Shown: positions 9,962 through 20,974, counted from the first letter of the stretch. The stretch: 64,000 bases of DNA from an uncultured Pelagibacteraceae bacterium (GCA_902573425.1 CACGJO010000002.1:1877-65876); one strand, 5' to 3'. A program made the numbers and translations. The notes: generated from the sequence alone by a model not told the origin.

Positions 9962-10966
9962 ATGATTATAAAAAGCTTTTTAATCGAAAAAGATTTGTCT
10001 CTTACTGATGATTGCAATTTACTATTGTTTTATGGTGAAAATATTGGTTTAAAAGATGAGCTCAAATCTAAGATTAAAAAAAAATACAGTAGTTTCGAAC
10101 AAATAACTTTTGGTCAGGACGAAATAATTAAAAATGAAAAGTTGCTTTACGAACAAATTAATAACGTATCAATGTTTAATGATAGTAAACTTATAATTAT
10201 AAACGAAGTATCCGATAAATTATTTCAAAAAATACAGGGTTTACTTGAAAAACTTCCAAATCATATTTTAATAATTCTTTTTGCGCAAAACCTTGAAAAA
10301 AAATCAAAAATTAGATCTTTTTTAGAGAGAGACAAAAAAGGGGGAGCAGTTCCATGTTACCAGGACAATCACAGAACTCTTTCGGAATATGTGAGAGACA
10401 AACTGAAAGATTATTCGGGAATAAGCCAAGACATAATAAATTTATTGATAAGTAATTCAGGTTTAGACAGAAAAGTTCTATTTAATGAAATTGAAAAAAT
10501 TAAATCGCTATTTCAAGATAAAAAAATTAAAGAAGAAAAAATACTAAATCTTTTAAATGAAGAGAATAACTTAAATTTTGAAGACCTTCGGGACTCCTGT
10601 TTAGAAGGAGATGCTGAAAAGTTAAATAAAAATTTAGGATCTATTTCAATAAATGGTGAGAATATTTATTTATACTTAAATAGTCTTAATCAAAGAGTTC
10701 AAAAACTAACCATGCTGATCAAACAAAATGAAAAGGACAAAAATATTGCTTACGCTTTGGACAATTTAAAACCAAAAGTGTTCTGGAAAGATAAACCAAT
10801 GATATTAAGACAAGCAAAAAGATGGGATTATCTTAGGTTAGAAAAAGTAAAAGATATTATTTTAAATGCAGAGGTAAATATGAAAACTAAAATGAATACT
10901 CACAATCCAATTATACTTAAAAATTTGTTAGTTAGAATTTTTAACATTGCTAATTCTACTTCCTAA
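9962..10966 (+). CDS. holA: DNA polymerase III delta subunit
   Basis: Size (334 aa) and conserved position after lptE. The N-terminus has the LLFYGEN...L pattern typical of HolA. Confidence 0.7.
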   Translation: MIIKSFLIEKDLSLTDDCNLLLFYGENIGLKDELKSKIKKKYSSFEQITFGQDEIIKNEKLLYEQINNVSMFNDSKLIIINEVSDKLFQKIQGLLEKLPNHILIILFAQNLEKKSKIRSFLERDKKGGAVPCYQDNHRTLSEYVRDKLKDYSGISQDIINLLISNSGLDRKVLFNEIEKIKSLFQDKKIKEEKILNLLNEENNLNFEDLRDSCLEGDAEKLNKNLGSISINGENIYLYLNSLNQRVQKLTMLIKQNEKDKNIAYALDNLKPKVFWKDKPMILRQAKRWDYLRLEKVKDIILNAEVNMKTKMNTHNPIILKNLLVRIFNIANSTS

Positions 10967-11801
10967 GCAATTTAGAGATAAATTCAAATTGTTCCAATGT
11001 TTTATATTTAATAATTATTTTTCCTGAATTATTTTTTTTATTTAATATTTCAACATTCAGTCCAAGTTTGCTTTCAATTTCATTTCTCACGAAAGAAATA
11101 TTTGGATCTTCAATTTTTTCAGAAATTTTACCCTTTTTTTCCTTTGCCATAGCCTCAACCTGTCTTGCAGCTACCCTCTTATTTGCTATATTTTCTGCAA
11201 CTTCTGAGGCATTTGGCATTCCAATTAAAGGCCTTGCTTGTCCAGCTGTTAATTTGCCTTCTTCTAAAAGGCCAATTACATCATCTGGCAAGCTTAACAA
11301 TCTTATAGTATTGCTAATATGACTTCTGCTTTTAGACATAAGCTTAGAGATTTTATCTTGATCATATCCGAACTCCTGGTTAAGCCTTTGATACCCTCTT
11401 GCCTCTTCAATGACATTAAGATCCTGCCTTTGAACATTTTCAACAATGGCAATTTCTAAACTTTTCTGGTCATCAATATCTAAAACTATTACGGGAACTT
11501 CATTGAACCCTGCCTTTTGTGCTGCAAGCCATCTCCGTTCTCCCGCTACTATTTCGAATTTTCCAGGCTCATATTTGTTGGGTCTCACTGCTATTGGCTG
11601 TATTATACCATTTTCTTTTATAGATAAGCTCAACTCTACCAACTTTTCTTCGTTAAAAATTGTTCTTGGCTGATATTTATTTCTTTTAATATCAGAAATC
11701 GCAATGATATTTTCTCGAATTTTTTTAATATTAGTTTTGTTTTCTATATCACCAAATAGTGCGGACAAACCCTTTCCAAGTCCTTTTTTTTGAGCGCTCA
11801 T
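10956..11801 (-). CDS. parB: Chromosome partitioning protein ParB
   Basis: ParB box IVAGERRWLAAQKAG, the QPR...IQPI N-terminal motif and an HTH region. Confidence 0.95.
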   Translation of the reverse strand: MSAQKKGLGKGLSALFGDIENKTNIKKIRENIIAISDIKRNKYQPRTIFNEEKLVELSLSIKENGIIQPIAVRPNKYEPGKFEIVAGERRWLAAQKAGFNEVPVIVLDIDDQKSLEIAIVENVQRQDLNVIEEARGYQRLNQEFGYDQDKISKLMSKSRSHISNTIRLLSLPDDVIGLLEEGKLTAGQARPLIGMPNASEVAENIANKRVAARQVEAMAKEKKGKISEKIEDPNISFVRNEIESKLGLNVEILNKKNNSGKIIIKYKTLEQFEFISKLLRK

Positions 11802-12598
11802 GCAGCACTTCCTATTTTTTGATTATTTTGTTCAAGGAACTCCTCTGCAAGTTTAATATATGATTTACTTCCTGAACAATTCTTGTCGTATACAATGCAC
11901 GGCATTCCGTGTGAGGGTGCCTCTGACAATCTAACATTTCTTGGAACTACTGTTTTGTAAACTTTGTCTTCAAAATGTTTCCTTGCCTCTAAATCAACTT
12001 GGGAAGATAGTTTATTTCGCTTGTCATACATAGTAAGTAGCACACCTCTAATTCCAAGTTCAGGATTTAGGTTGACCTTAATTCTATCAATTGTTTTAAC
12101 TAATTGTGAAATTCCCTCTAAGGCAAAAAATTCTGTTTGTAATGGTATTAGTAGATCATCTGCTAAGACTAATGACATAACTGTTAAAAGGCTCAATGAA
12201 GGAGGACAGTCAATAAAGATATTATCATAACTTCTGACTATTGATTGATTTTCCTCTAATAAAATTTTTTTTAAAAGAAACGCTCTGTTAGCATCATTGG
12301 CTGTTTCGACTTCCAAGCCGGATAGGTTTACGTTGGATCCGATTAAGTCTAAATTTTTTATGTTACTTTGTTGAATTGCATTTTGGACTGAAGTTTTGCC
12401 GATCAATACGTTGTAGATACTTTTAGAATCATCATTATTAGACTTGCCTAAGCCAGTTGTGGCGTTCCCTTGAGGGTCCAGATCCACCACCAAAATTCTT
12501 TTGCCTTTTTGAGCTAAAGCACTAGCAAGGTTTATTACGGTTGTGGTTTTTCCAACCCCCCCTTTTTGATTTATTACCGATATTACAGATCTAGCCAC
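11798..12598 (-). CDS. parA: Chromosome partitioning ATPase ParA/Soj
   Basis: Deviant Walker A NQKGGVGKTTT. 4-nt overlap with parB. Confidence 0.95.
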   Translation of the reverse strand: MARSVISVINQKGGVGKTTTVINLASALAQKGKRILVVDLDPQGNATTGLGKSNNDDSKSIYNVLIGKTSVQNAIQQSNIKNLDLIGSNVNLSGLEVETANDANRAFLLKKILLEENQSIVRSYDNIFIDCPPSLSLLTVMSLVLADDLLIPLQTEFFALEGISQLVKTIDRIKVNLNPELGIRGVLLTMYDKRNKLSSQVDLEARKHFEDKVYKTVVPRNVRLSEAPSHGMPCIVYDKNCSGSKSYIKLAEEFLEQNNQKIGSAA

Positions 12599-12601
12599 AA
12601 T

Positions 12602-13240
12602 TTATTTTTTTACATCTGCCAGTAAAATTTTAGAATCACTACTGGTAATGCTATTAACTAGTTTATACTTATAAATTGAACCCTTTGAAGCTTTATTTAT
12701 CTCGTCCTGTGCACTCTTTCCAAGCATCACGATAAGTTTATGGGGTTTTTTAATAGTTTCACGTGAAATTCTGAGTATTTCTGGTAATTTTTTAAAAGCT
12801 CTAAAAACAAAATATTCAGTGTTTAGTACATGATATTGATAATCATTATCATATATAACAGTATTCTTAAGATTTATTTTATCAATTATATATTTAATAA
12901 ATTTAACTTTTACCTTTGATTTGTCATAAAGTTTCACGTGAAACGTGATGATATCACTGTAAAAAATTGATAATATAATTCCAGGAAATCCAGCACCAGT
13001 ACCTAGATCAGATAAACTAACAAAATTTTTATGATCGATATATTTTACAAGCTGAGCAGAATCTAAAACATGCCTGTTCCAAATATCTTCTTCCGTACTT
13101 TTTGAGATTAAATTAAATTTTTCATTATAATTCAAAACTTCATTAACAAATATTTCGATAAGTTTGATTTTTTTTTCATTAAAATTGAGGCTTTTAGCTA
13201 GAATCAACTTTGATTTAGACTTAGAAACACTAGAATTCAT
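12602..13240 (-). CDS. rsmG: 16S rRNA (guanine527-N7)-methyltransferase
   Basis: SAM motif DLGTGAGFPGI and its position between mnmG and parA. Confidence 0.9.
   Translation of the reverse strand: MNSSVSKSKSKLILAKSLNFNEKKIKLIEIFVNEVLNYNEKFNLISKSTEEDIWNRHVLDSAQLVKYIDHKNFVSLSDLGTGAGFPGIILSIFYSDIITFHVKLYDKSKVKVKFIKYIIDKINLKNTVIYDNDYQYHVLNTEYFVFRAFKKLPEILRISRETIKKPHKLIVMLGKSAQDEINKASKGSIYKYKLVNSITSSDSKILLADVKK
12755..12770. other. parS: parS-like centromere site (13/16 match)
   Basis: AGTTTCACGTGAAATT compared with the consensus TGTTTCACGTGAAACA. It lies inside the rsmG coding sequence. Confidence 0.55.
12930..12945. other. parS: parS-like centromere site (14/16 match, central 14 nt perfect palindrome)
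   Basis: aGTTTCACGTGAAACg compared with the consensus TGTTTCACGTGAAACA. It lies inside rsmG, 331 bp upstream of the parA start (12598). Confidence 0.7.
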
Positions 13241-13247
13241 AGAGATT

Positions 13248-15119
13248 CTAGGCTGATACTCTATTTTTTACTTTTTTAATAGCTGACAACAATATTATTG
13301 CTGCTGCTGGTGTTACACCATCGATCCTTAAAGCTTGACCTAAAGTCTTTGGTCTAATTAATTTTAATTTTGACTTAACTTCATTTGAAAGGCCGCTAAA
13401 AGAATCGTAATCGATCCCTGTGGGTATCAACAAACCTTCATCTCTTTTAAAAGTCTTAATATCGCTCTCTTGTTTAGGCAAGTAACCGGAATAATGAGCA
13501 TTTATTTCAACCTGTTCATCAATATGGCGTCCATAATGGGATATTCCAGCCCAAATATTTCTTAAACTACTTAAAGTGACATTTTTTATTCCCAATAAAT
13601 CTAATCCAGATCGTTTGACGCCATCCATTGCAATTTTAATAGAGTGCTTAGCGGCAACATTTGGTGTTATAAATTTTTTAGATAAAGACATTTCAAGAGT
13701 ATTAATTTTTTTTACTTTCTCATTAAATAATTTTTTTCTTTTATCTTTGACCAGATTTATTTTTATGCCTAAAGATGTGAGCCTTTGATCTGCATTATCT
13801 GCCCTCAATGACAATCGGTATTCAGCCCTTGAGGTAAACATCCTGTAAGGTTCAGTTACACCCTTTGTGATAAGATCATCTATCATAACTCCAATATATG
13901 AACTAGATCTGTCCAAGATAAATTCTTCACCTTTTTTAAATTTTAATGCAGCATTAACTCCTGCTATCAATCCCTGCGCTGCAGCTTCCTCATAACCTGT
14001 TGTGCCATTAATTTGACCCGCAAGAAAAAGAGAGCCTATTTTTTTGGCTTCTAGACTCGCTTTTAGCTCCCTAGGATCCACATAATCGTACTCTATAGCG
14101 TATCCTGATCTCACCATTTTAACTTCTTCTAGACCCTTAATTTTAGCCAATATTTTGAGCTGAACATCCTCTGGTAGAGAGGTCGAAATCCCATTAGGAT
14201 AAACTGTATGATCATCTAATCCTTCAGGCTCTAAAAAAATTTGATGTTTTTGTTTTTCCTTAAATTTAACAATCTTGTCTTCGATGGACGGACAATATCT
14301 CGGACCTACCCCTTTGATGTTACCAGAGTACATCGCACTTCTTGAAATATTATCACTTATAATTTTATGAACGGTATCGTTAGTGTAAGTCATACCACAA
14401 CTAATTTGTTTATTGATAGCTTTAGTAGTTAGAAATGAAAAAAAATACGGGTCCTCATCCGCCTGCTGCATTTCCAGATTTTTATAATTAATAGTTCTAC
14501 CGTCTAACCGTGGAGGTGTACCGGTTTTAAGTCTTCCAATTTTAATGTTAAATTTTTCCAATTGTTCACTTAATCCTGTAGAGGGTTTTTCATCATATCT
14601 GCCAGCTGGTATCTGTTTTTCCCCTATGTGTATTAAGCCATTTAAAAAAGTTCCCGTAGTAAGAATTAGCTGACTACACTCTACTTCTTTTCCGCTTTGA
14701 CAAATGAAGCCTTTAATTTTGTCTTTATCGAAGATGAATTTCACAACAGGATCAGCTATCACCTCTAAATTTTTATAGTTCAGCAATAGTTCTTGCATAT
14801 ATTTCTTGTAAAGCTTTCTGTCTGATTGAGTTCGTGGTCCTCTAACTGCTGGACCTCTGCTTCTATTTAATAATCTGAACTGAATTCCTGATTTGTCGGC
14901 TACATCACCCATGACACCATCCAAGGCATCAATTTCTCGAACCAAGTGACCCTTACCTAGTCCTCCGATGGCTGGATTGCACGACATTTCACCTATAGTC
15001 TCTATTTTATGTGTAAAAAGAGCAGTATTTACGCCGATTCTGGCCGATGCCGCTGCTGCCTCACATCCAGCATGTCCGCCGCCTATTACAGCCACATCAA
15101 AGGTCAATTTATTGCTCAT
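13248..15119 (-). CDS. mnmG: tRNA uridine 5-carboxymethylaminomethyl modification enzyme MnmG
   Basis: FAD motif [12 protein letters not shown], 623 aa, GidA-family sequence throughout. Confidence 0.97.
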   Translation of the reverse strand: MSNKLTFDVAVIGGGHAGCEAAAASARIGVNTALFTHKIETIGEMSCNPAIGGLGKGHLVREIDALDGVMGDVADKSGIQFRLLNRSRGPAVRGPRTQSDRKLYKKYMQELLLNYKNLEVIADPVVKFIFDKDKIKGFICQSGKEVECSQLILTTGTFLNGLIHIGEKQIPAGRYDEKPSTGLSEQLEKFNIKIGRLKTGTPPRLDGRTINYKNLEMQQADEDPYFFSFLTTKAINKQISCGMTYTNDTVHKIISDNISRSAMYSGNIKGVGPRYCPSIEDKIVKFKEKQKHQIFLEPEGLDDHTVYPNGISTSLPEDVQLKILAKIKGLEEVKMVRSGYAIEYDYVDPRELKASLEAKKIGSLFLAGQINGTTGYEEAAAQGLIAGVNAALKFKKGEEFILDRSSSYIGVMIDDLITKGVTEPYRMFTSRAEYRLSLRADNADQRLTSLGIKINLVKDKRKKLFNEKVKKINTLEMSLSKKFITPNVAAKHSIKIAMDGVKRSGLDLLGIKNVTLSSLRNIWAGISHYGRHIDEQVEINAHYSGYLPKQESDIKTFKRDEGLLIPTGIDYDSFSGLSNEVKSKLKLIRPKTLGQALRIDGVTPAAAIILLSAIKKVKNRVSA

Positions 15120-15166
15120 TCTGTAAATGTATCGATGAAATATGATTTTACAAGCTCAAAGATGAG

Positions 15167-16501
15167 TTATTTACCGATACAAAAGTCCTGAAATATAGAT
15201 CCCAGTATTTCTTCCACATCAACCTTGCCAACTATACTCCCAAGATGTCTTGTGGCAAGTCTAAGGTCTTCTGCGGCTGTCTCTATCTCTTTTTTTTGAT
15301 TTTTCTTTAAAAATTTTTCTATTTCTTTTAACGCCGCGTTAAGTTTTACTCGATGCCTCTCTCTTGTAACCAGAATATTGTTCGCTTTCATAAATTTTTT
15401 ACTTAACTTCTCTTTTATCGTCTTTATGAGCCTGTCAATGTTTTTACTATTTTTTACCGATATTAAAATTTGATCATTTTTCTTAAATTCATTTTTTGGA
15501 GTTTTTTTGCTTAAGTCTGACTTGTTAAAAACTATTATGCAATCCTTATTAATTAATTCTTTAACATCACTATTGATTGTTTTTTTTGATACATCGATCA
15601 TAACTAAGGTTAAATCAGCTTCTTTTGCTTTTTTAATAGCTCTTTTAATGCCCTCTTTTTCAACCTTATTTTTAGCTTTTCTTATGCCCGCTGTATCAGC
15701 CAAAATAACAGGATATCCATCTATATTTAAATAGGTTTCGACTACATCTCTTGTGGTTCCTTCCTCCTCTGAAACAATAGCAGCATCTCTTTTGGCAAGA
15801 TGATTTAACAGGGAAGATTTTCCAGCATTAACATCTCCTATAATAGATATTCTAAAACCATCTCTTATTTTTTCCCCAATTTTTTGGTCCTCTAAAATAA
15901 GTTTAATATTGGTGTGAACTTGTTTAATTGATTTCTGCACTTCCTTTAAGACACTCTCTGGTAAATCATCTTCTGCAAAATCTATTTTTGCCTCTATATA
16001 TGATAATGATTTTACTAATTTTTTTCTTAAGTTTTCATAATATTTAGATGCATGTCCTTGAACTAAATTTACTGCTTGTTCCCTCTGTAGTTCAGTTTCT
16101 GCATGTATTAAATCTCCTATACTTTCTGCCTTCACTAAATCTATCTTATTATTCTGAAATGCTATTTTAGTGAATTCACCAGGTTCAGCTAATCTACAAT
16201 TTTTTTGATCCGACAAAACTTTCAAAAGATAGCTTATTACTGCGTTACTTCCGTGTATGTGTAGTTCAGCTAAATCATCTCCTGTGAAACTATGTGGCTT
16301 TGGAAACCATAAAAGTAGTGCTTCAGGATCGATGATCTTGTTATTTTTTGGATCTATAAATTTACATAAGTTTATCTCATTTGATTTAATATTTTTTTCA
16401 TTTGTTAAAGCCTTGCAAATATCAAGTGTCTGCGGACCTGATATTCTAACTATTGCTATACCGCTTGGACCTTTTCCAGAGGATAATGCAAAAATATTCA
16501 T
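15167..16501 (-). CDS. mnmE: tRNA modification GTPase MnmE
   Basis: G1 motif GDVNAGKSSLLN, G3 DTAG and the C-terminal CIGK signature. Confidence 0.95.
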   Translation of the reverse strand: MNIFALSSGKGPSGIAIVRISGPQTLDICKALTNEKNIKSNEINLCKFIDPKNNKIIDPEALLLWFPKPHSFTGDDLAELHIHGSNAVISYLLKVLSDQKNCRLAEPGEFTKIAFQNNKIDLVKAESIGDLIHAETELQREQAVNLVQGHASKYYENLRKKLVKSLSYIEAKIDFAEDDLPESVLKEVQKSIKQVHTNIKLILEDQKIGEKIRDGFRISIIGDVNAGKSSLLNHLAKRDAAIVSEEEGTTRDVVETYLNIDGYPVILADTAGIRKAKNKVEKEGIKRAIKKAKEADLTLVMIDVSKKTINSDVKELINKDCIIVFNKSDLSKKTPKNEFKKNDQILISVKNSKNIDRLIKTIKEKLSKKFMKANNILVTRERHRVKLNAALKEIEKFLKKNQKKEIETAAEDLRLATRHLGSIVGKVDVEEILGSIFQDFCIGK

Positions 16502-17340
16502 TTAGGGGTACAAACAAACCAATTCATTAAATAAGGCCTGTTTTCTGATGCTATTAACCATCTATCATCATCGTTAAGTTCTTTTAATAATGATATATCT
16601 GAGAAAGATCTATTACCTGTTGAAAGAATACTCACATTAAAATATTTGCTCAGCTTCTCTTCAAATTTTTTATTTTCTTCAACAATGTGATGTCGGTGAA
16701 ATTCAATTATGAGATTACTTTTCTTTAACTTATCTAAATTATAATCACTAAAAATTTTAAACTCTTCACCTTCAATATCGGCTAAAATAAAAATATCCTC
16801 TTCCCGTTTTACTGTATCTATAATATCTTGCAAAAAATTAGAATTAACAGCATGTTTGATCGAAAGCTTTTGATCTAATTTATTGGCTTTGGAATTTTCA
16901 ATCATGATATCTCTCGATTCATCAGAAATTTCATAAGCTATTGTTTGTTCAAAAAGACCTAAATGTAAGACGCCTAAAGCAAAGTAACCTTCGCCAGCAC
17001 CAAAATTAATAAAATATTTTTTTTTGTTTGTTTTTTGAAGCTCTACAATTTTGTTCTGTACTTCTTGTTCATAAATTCCTACAATTTTAGATGATAAATC
17101 TGGATTATATTTATAGATTTTTTTGTCCCAATTAGACTTTTTCATTAATTTCATACCCTTAAAATGTCCAGATATTACTTCGCTATTGCAAACCGAAAAA
17201 AGATAGTCAACTAGCCAAAGCTTTCTTTTATCTAAAGCTGTATGAAATCTAAATTTAAAACCAAACTTACCAATTAAAACATTAAAAAAACCAATTATAC
17301 CATCTCTTTTAAACGCAAATTTTAGTTTAGAGATATTCAT
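16498..17340 (-). CDS. FkbM-family SAM-dependent methyltransferase
   Basis: SAM motif INFGAGEGYFALG plus the FkbM-type LADIEGEEFKIF and IIEFH motifs. The stop overlaps the mnmE start (ATGA). Confidence 0.65.
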   Translation of the reverse strand: MNISKLKFAFKRDGIIGFFNVLIGKFGFKFRFHTALDKRKLWLVDYLFSVCNSEVISGHFKGMKLMKKSNWDKKIYKYNPDLSSKIVGIYEQEVQNKIVELQKTNKKKYFINFGAGEGYFALGVLHLGLFEQTIAYEISDESRDIMIENSKANKLDQKLSIKHAVNSNFLQDIIDTVKREEDIFILADIEGEEFKIFSDYNLDKLKKSNLIIEFHRHHIVEENKKFEEKLSKYFNVSILSTGNRSFSDISLLKELNDDDRWLIASENRPYLMNWFVCTPK

Positions 17341-17375
17341 AAATTTTTATTAAAAAACAATATATAATATTTTCT

Positions 17376-18122
17376 CTAAAATATCTTAATTAAAATTTGT
17401 GCATTTAAATAAATAATTTTAATATTACTTTTCTCTTTTAAAATCTTATTTATAGCATTGATTGGATTTTCTCCTTTTTGATGACCGCCAAATCTATAAG
17501 TATAATCGTCAAATAAAATATAACCACCTGGTTTAATACAATTTAGCGAATTTAATCCATCTCTCAAAACTTGATCGGCACGATGATATCCATCAATGAA
17601 GATAAAATCATATTTATTTGAATTTTGTTTGAAGAAACTGTCTGAGTCCATTTTAATTTTTATAACTCTTTTAGAATATTTGGTCATATTCATGTCAAAA
17701 TTTTTCTCTGTTGTCTCAAACTGAATGTTACCTTGTTCGTGTGAACCTGACCAGGTATCAACACAAGTGATATTACAGTTTGAAAAGTAGTTTAAAAAAA
17801 AAATCGTACTTCTTCCCTCAAAAGATCCGATTTCTAAAATATTTTTAATTTTATTTTTTTCATCATTATTTTCAAAATTATCGATAAATATAGGGGTTTT
17901 AGACATAAACCAATCACTTTCGGAAAAATTGGTATTTAAAAAAAAATCATTAATATTAATTTCATGCTTAATAATTTTTAATCTACTTTTCAAAAAATTA
18001 AAAATGTTTGTGAAAGATGTTTTGTTATCTAGAAGGAATTTTATGTCTTTAAATAAAGTTTTAAAGAATGAAATTTTTAATTTCAAACTATATAAAAGAG
18101 GTATTTCTTTGAGCTTAACCAA
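17376..18122 (-). CDS. Class I SAM-dependent methyltransferase (Methyltransf_24 / family-3 O-methyltransferase-like)
   Basis: ILEIGSFEGRSTIFFL (motif I) and FIFIDGYHRADQVLRD...IKPGGYILFDDY. Confidence 0.65.
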   Translation of the reverse strand: MVKLKEIPLLYSLKLKISFFKTLFKDIKFLLDNKTSFTNIFNFLKSRLKIIKHEININDFFLNTNFSESDWFMSKTPIFIDNFENNDEKNKIKNILEIGSFEGRSTIFFLNYFSNCNITCVDTWSGSHEQGNIQFETTEKNFDMNMTKYSKRVIKIKMDSDSFFKQNSNKYDFIFIDGYHRADQVLRDGLNSLNCIKPGGYILFDDYTYRFGGHQKGENPINAINKILKEKSNIKIIYLNAQILIKIF

Positions 18123-18140
18123 TTTGATTTTTTATTAAAA

Positions 18141-19412
18141 TTATCCTGGTTTATTCATAGAAACGAAAAAATCTGCATTATTTTTTGTATTTTTTAATTT
18201 TGACATTAAAAATTCTATTCCATCCATAGTTCCCATTGGGCTTATAATTCTTCTTAGAACGTTCACTTTAGTTAAATCTTCTTTTTTAAATAGGAGTTCT
18301 TCTCTTCTAGTGCCTGATCTTGTTATATCGATTGCAGGATAAATTCTTTTATCTGCAATTTTTCTGTCTAGTATTAATTCTGAGTTACCTGTACCTTTAA
18401 ACTCTTCAAATATCACCTCGTCCATTCTGCTACCAGTATCAACGAGAGCGGTAGATATAATTGTTAGTGAACCGCCTTGCTCAACATTCCTAGCAGCCCC
18501 AAAAAATCTTTTCGGACGTTGAAGAGCATTAGCATCTACACCTCCTGTTAAAACTTTTCCAGAACTTGGTACTACAGCATTATACGCCCTGCCAAGGCGA
18601 GTAATCGAGTCTAATAGAATTACAACATCTTTCTTATGTTCTACTAATCTTTTGGCTTTTTCTATGACCATTTCCGCTACAGCAACATGCCTTGATGCAG
18701 GTTCGTCAAAAGTGGAACTAATGACCTCTCCTTTAACTGTCCTCTGCATATCAGTTACTTCCTCTGGTCTTTCATCAATCAATAAGACCATAAGGTAACA
18801 TTCTGGATGATTTAATTCTAAGGAATTCGCAATATTTTGTAAAATTATAGTCTTTCCTGCCTTGGGTGGAGAAATAATTAATGATCTTTGACCCTTTCCA
18901 ATTGGACTAACTAAATCAATCAATCTTGCTGTTTGGTCAGGTTTTTTTTCCGTAGTATTTTTTTCAACTTCCATTTTTAGTTGCTGATCAGGATACAGTG
19001 GGGTCAAATTATCAAATGCAATTTTATTTCTTCCCTTATCAGGGTCTTCAAAATTAATTTGGCTTACTTTTAAAAGAGCAAAATATCTTTCTGCATCTTT
19101 AGGTGCTCTTATCTCACCCTCTACAGAGTCTCCAGTTCTCAATCCAAATTTTCTTATCTGACTTGGACTAACGTAAATATCATCGGGTCCAGGAAGATAG
19201 TTAGACTCTATTGCTCTTAAAAAACCAAAACCATCTTGTAAAACTTCTAAAACTCCACCTCCAGTAATTTGCTCTTTTTTATCTGCCAATTTCTTTAATA
19301 TGGAAAACAGAATTTCTTGTTTTCTTAAAGTGCTAGGGTTTTCAATTCCTAGTTCTTCTGCTTGAGAAATTAACTCTGATGGCGATTTTTGCTTAAGTTC
19401 TTGTAAATTCAT
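18141..19412 (-). CDS. rho: Transcription termination factor Rho
   Basis: N-terminal Rho domain [15 protein letters not shown], an RNA-binding OB fold, Walker A PPKAGKT, 423 aa. Confidence 0.97.
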   Translation of the reverse strand: MNLQELKQKSPSELISQAEELGIENPSTLRKQEILFSILKKLADKKEQITGGGVLEVLQDGFGFLRAIESNYLPGPDDIYVSPSQIRKFGLRTGDSVEGEIRAPKDAERYFALLKVSQINFEDPDKGRNKIAFDNLTPLYPDQQLKMEVEKNTTEKKPDQTARLIDLVSPIGKGQRSLIISPPKAGKTIILQNIANSLELNHPECYLMVLLIDERPEEVTDMQRTVKGEVISSTFDEPASRHVAVAEMVIEKAKRLVEHKKDVVILLDSITRLGRAYNAVVPSSGKVLTGGVDANALQRPKRFFGAARNVEQGGSLTIISTALVDTGSRMDEVIFEEFKGTGNSELILDRKIADKRIYPAIDITRSGTRREELLFKKEDLTKVNVLRRIISPMGTMDGIEFLMSKLKNTKNNADFFVSMNKPG

Positions 19413-19474
19413 AGTGATTTTTTATTGATTAGGTAAGTAGTCTAAATATAATGATTTAAAATTATTATTCAAGC

Positions 19475-19909
19475 CTAAATAGGCTTAAAAACTACTATAA
19501 ATATTATAAATATTAACAATATAGTTGGTACCTCATTAATAAATCTGTAAAATTTAGATGAATGAGAGTTGGTATTTTCAGAAAAACTTTTATGGCAACT
19601 AAATAGGTAAAAATGGTAAAAAGTTAAAGCCAATACTAAAATTATTTTAATAATCAACCATAACTCCCCAAAGCTGTTTATCCCATTCGAGTGTATAAGC
19701 AGTAAACCAAATATCCATGAAAGGATCATCGAGGGATTCATTATGTAAATAAGCAACCTTCTTTCCATTACTAGAAATGTGTCATATTTATCTTTATTAT
19801 TTAAAGTTTCTGCATGGTAAACAAAAATTCTTGGCAGATATAAAAGTCCAGCCATCCAAGATATTACTGCGATCAGATGTAATGACTTAAATAAAAGATA
19901 GGTATTCAT
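19475..19909 (-). CDS. hemJ: Protoporphyrinogen IX oxidase HemJ
   Basis: Four predicted TM segments and the HemJ signature KSLHLIAVISWMAGLLYLPRIFVYH. 4-nt overlap with hemH. Confidence 0.8.
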   Translation of the reverse strand: MNTYLLFKSLHLIAVISWMAGLLYLPRIFVYHAETLNNKDKYDTFLVMERRLLIYIMNPSMILSWIFGLLLIHSNGINSFGELWLIIKIILVLALTFYHFYLFSCHKSFSENTNSHSSKFYRFINEVPTILLIFIIFIVVFKPI

Positions 19910-20913
19910 TTTTTTTCAATAATAAATTTATTTATTAGGTGCTGTAGCAGATTAATATGGTCCTCGTTGTCATTTAAACAAGATACAGTTTCAAAATTTT
20001 TTCCACCTTTTTCCAGAAAGGTCTCCTTGCCTTGTATAGAAATTTCTTCCAATGTTTCAACACAGTCTGAGGAAAAACCTGGGCAAATAACTAATATATT
20101 TTTCTTTCCTTCCCCAGGTAATTTTTCGAATGTTTTATCAGTATAAGGTGTCAACCATTCCTGTGGTCCAAACCTGGATTGAAAGGTTGTCATAATTGGT
20201 ATGTTGCTACTAAAACTCTCCTTGATTAAGCGAGAAGTTTTTTGACAATAACAGTGATATGGATCTCCTTTTTCAAAATATTTTTTTGGTATACCATGGT
20301 AAGAGGCTATAATTAAATCTGGTTTCCAACTTAATTGAGAAATTTTTTCATCAAGACTTTTTACTAGTGCTTTTATATACAACGGCTCAGATTCATAATG
20401 TGGAATGATTTGCAAACTTGGTTGCCATCGCATTTTTATCAAACATCTATAAACCTCATCACAGACTGTTGCTGTGGTAGCTGCAGCATATTGTGGATAT
20501 AAAGGTAAAACTATTAAATTTTCACATCCATTTTTTTGCAAATTTATAATTTTAGCTTTGATGCTAGGATTTCCATAACGCATTGCATAATCTATTATAA
20601 TATTTTTATTACCTATTTTATTTCCAAGTTTTTTTGCCTGCATGATTGTATAATGTCTCAATGGGGACATATTTTCTTTTTGCATCCAAATTTTCTTATA
20701 CGCTTTTGCTGTTTTAGAAGGTCTGAAAGTTAAAATGAATATATTTAAAATTATTTTCCAAATTAATGGATTTACTTCTATAACTCTTCTATCAGATAAG
20801 AATTCTTTCAAATATTTTCGAATATCAAACCAGCTTGTTGAGTCAGGGGTGCCTAAATTTATTAATAAAATACCGGTTTTTCCGAAATTTACTTTTGGAT
20901 GGTTTTTTTCCAT
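19906..20913 (-). CDS. hemH: Ferrochelatase
   Basis: GILLINLGTPDS, LPLYPQY and SYHGIP motifs. Confidence 0.93.
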   Translation of the reverse strand: MEKNHPKVNFGKTGILLINLGTPDSTSWFDIRKYLKEFLSDRRVIEVNPLIWKIILNIFILTFRPSKTAKAYKKIWMQKENMSPLRHYTIMQAKKLGNKIGNKNIIIDYAMRYGNPSIKAKIINLQKNGCENLIVLPLYPQYAAATTATVCDEVYRCLIKMRWQPSLQIIPHYESEPLYIKALVKSLDEKISQLSWKPDLIIASYHGIPKKYFEKGDPYHCYCQKTSRLIKESFSSNIPIMTTFQSRFGPQEWLTPYTDKTFEKLPGEGKKNILVICPGFSSDCVETLEEISIQGKETFLEKGGKNFETVSCLNDNEDHINLLQHLINKFIIEKK

Positions 20914-20974
20914 GATTTTTTCATCTTTTTTAAAAACTTTATCAATTTTTTAATAATGATACAAAGTAAAGAAA

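Noticed and set aside
19471-19486. Hairpin AAGCCT-AAAT-AGGCTT overlapping the hemJ stop codon, as a possible terminator ahead of rho
   Set aside because: It has only a 6-bp stem, no following T-run on the transcribed strand, and it lies partly within coding sequence.
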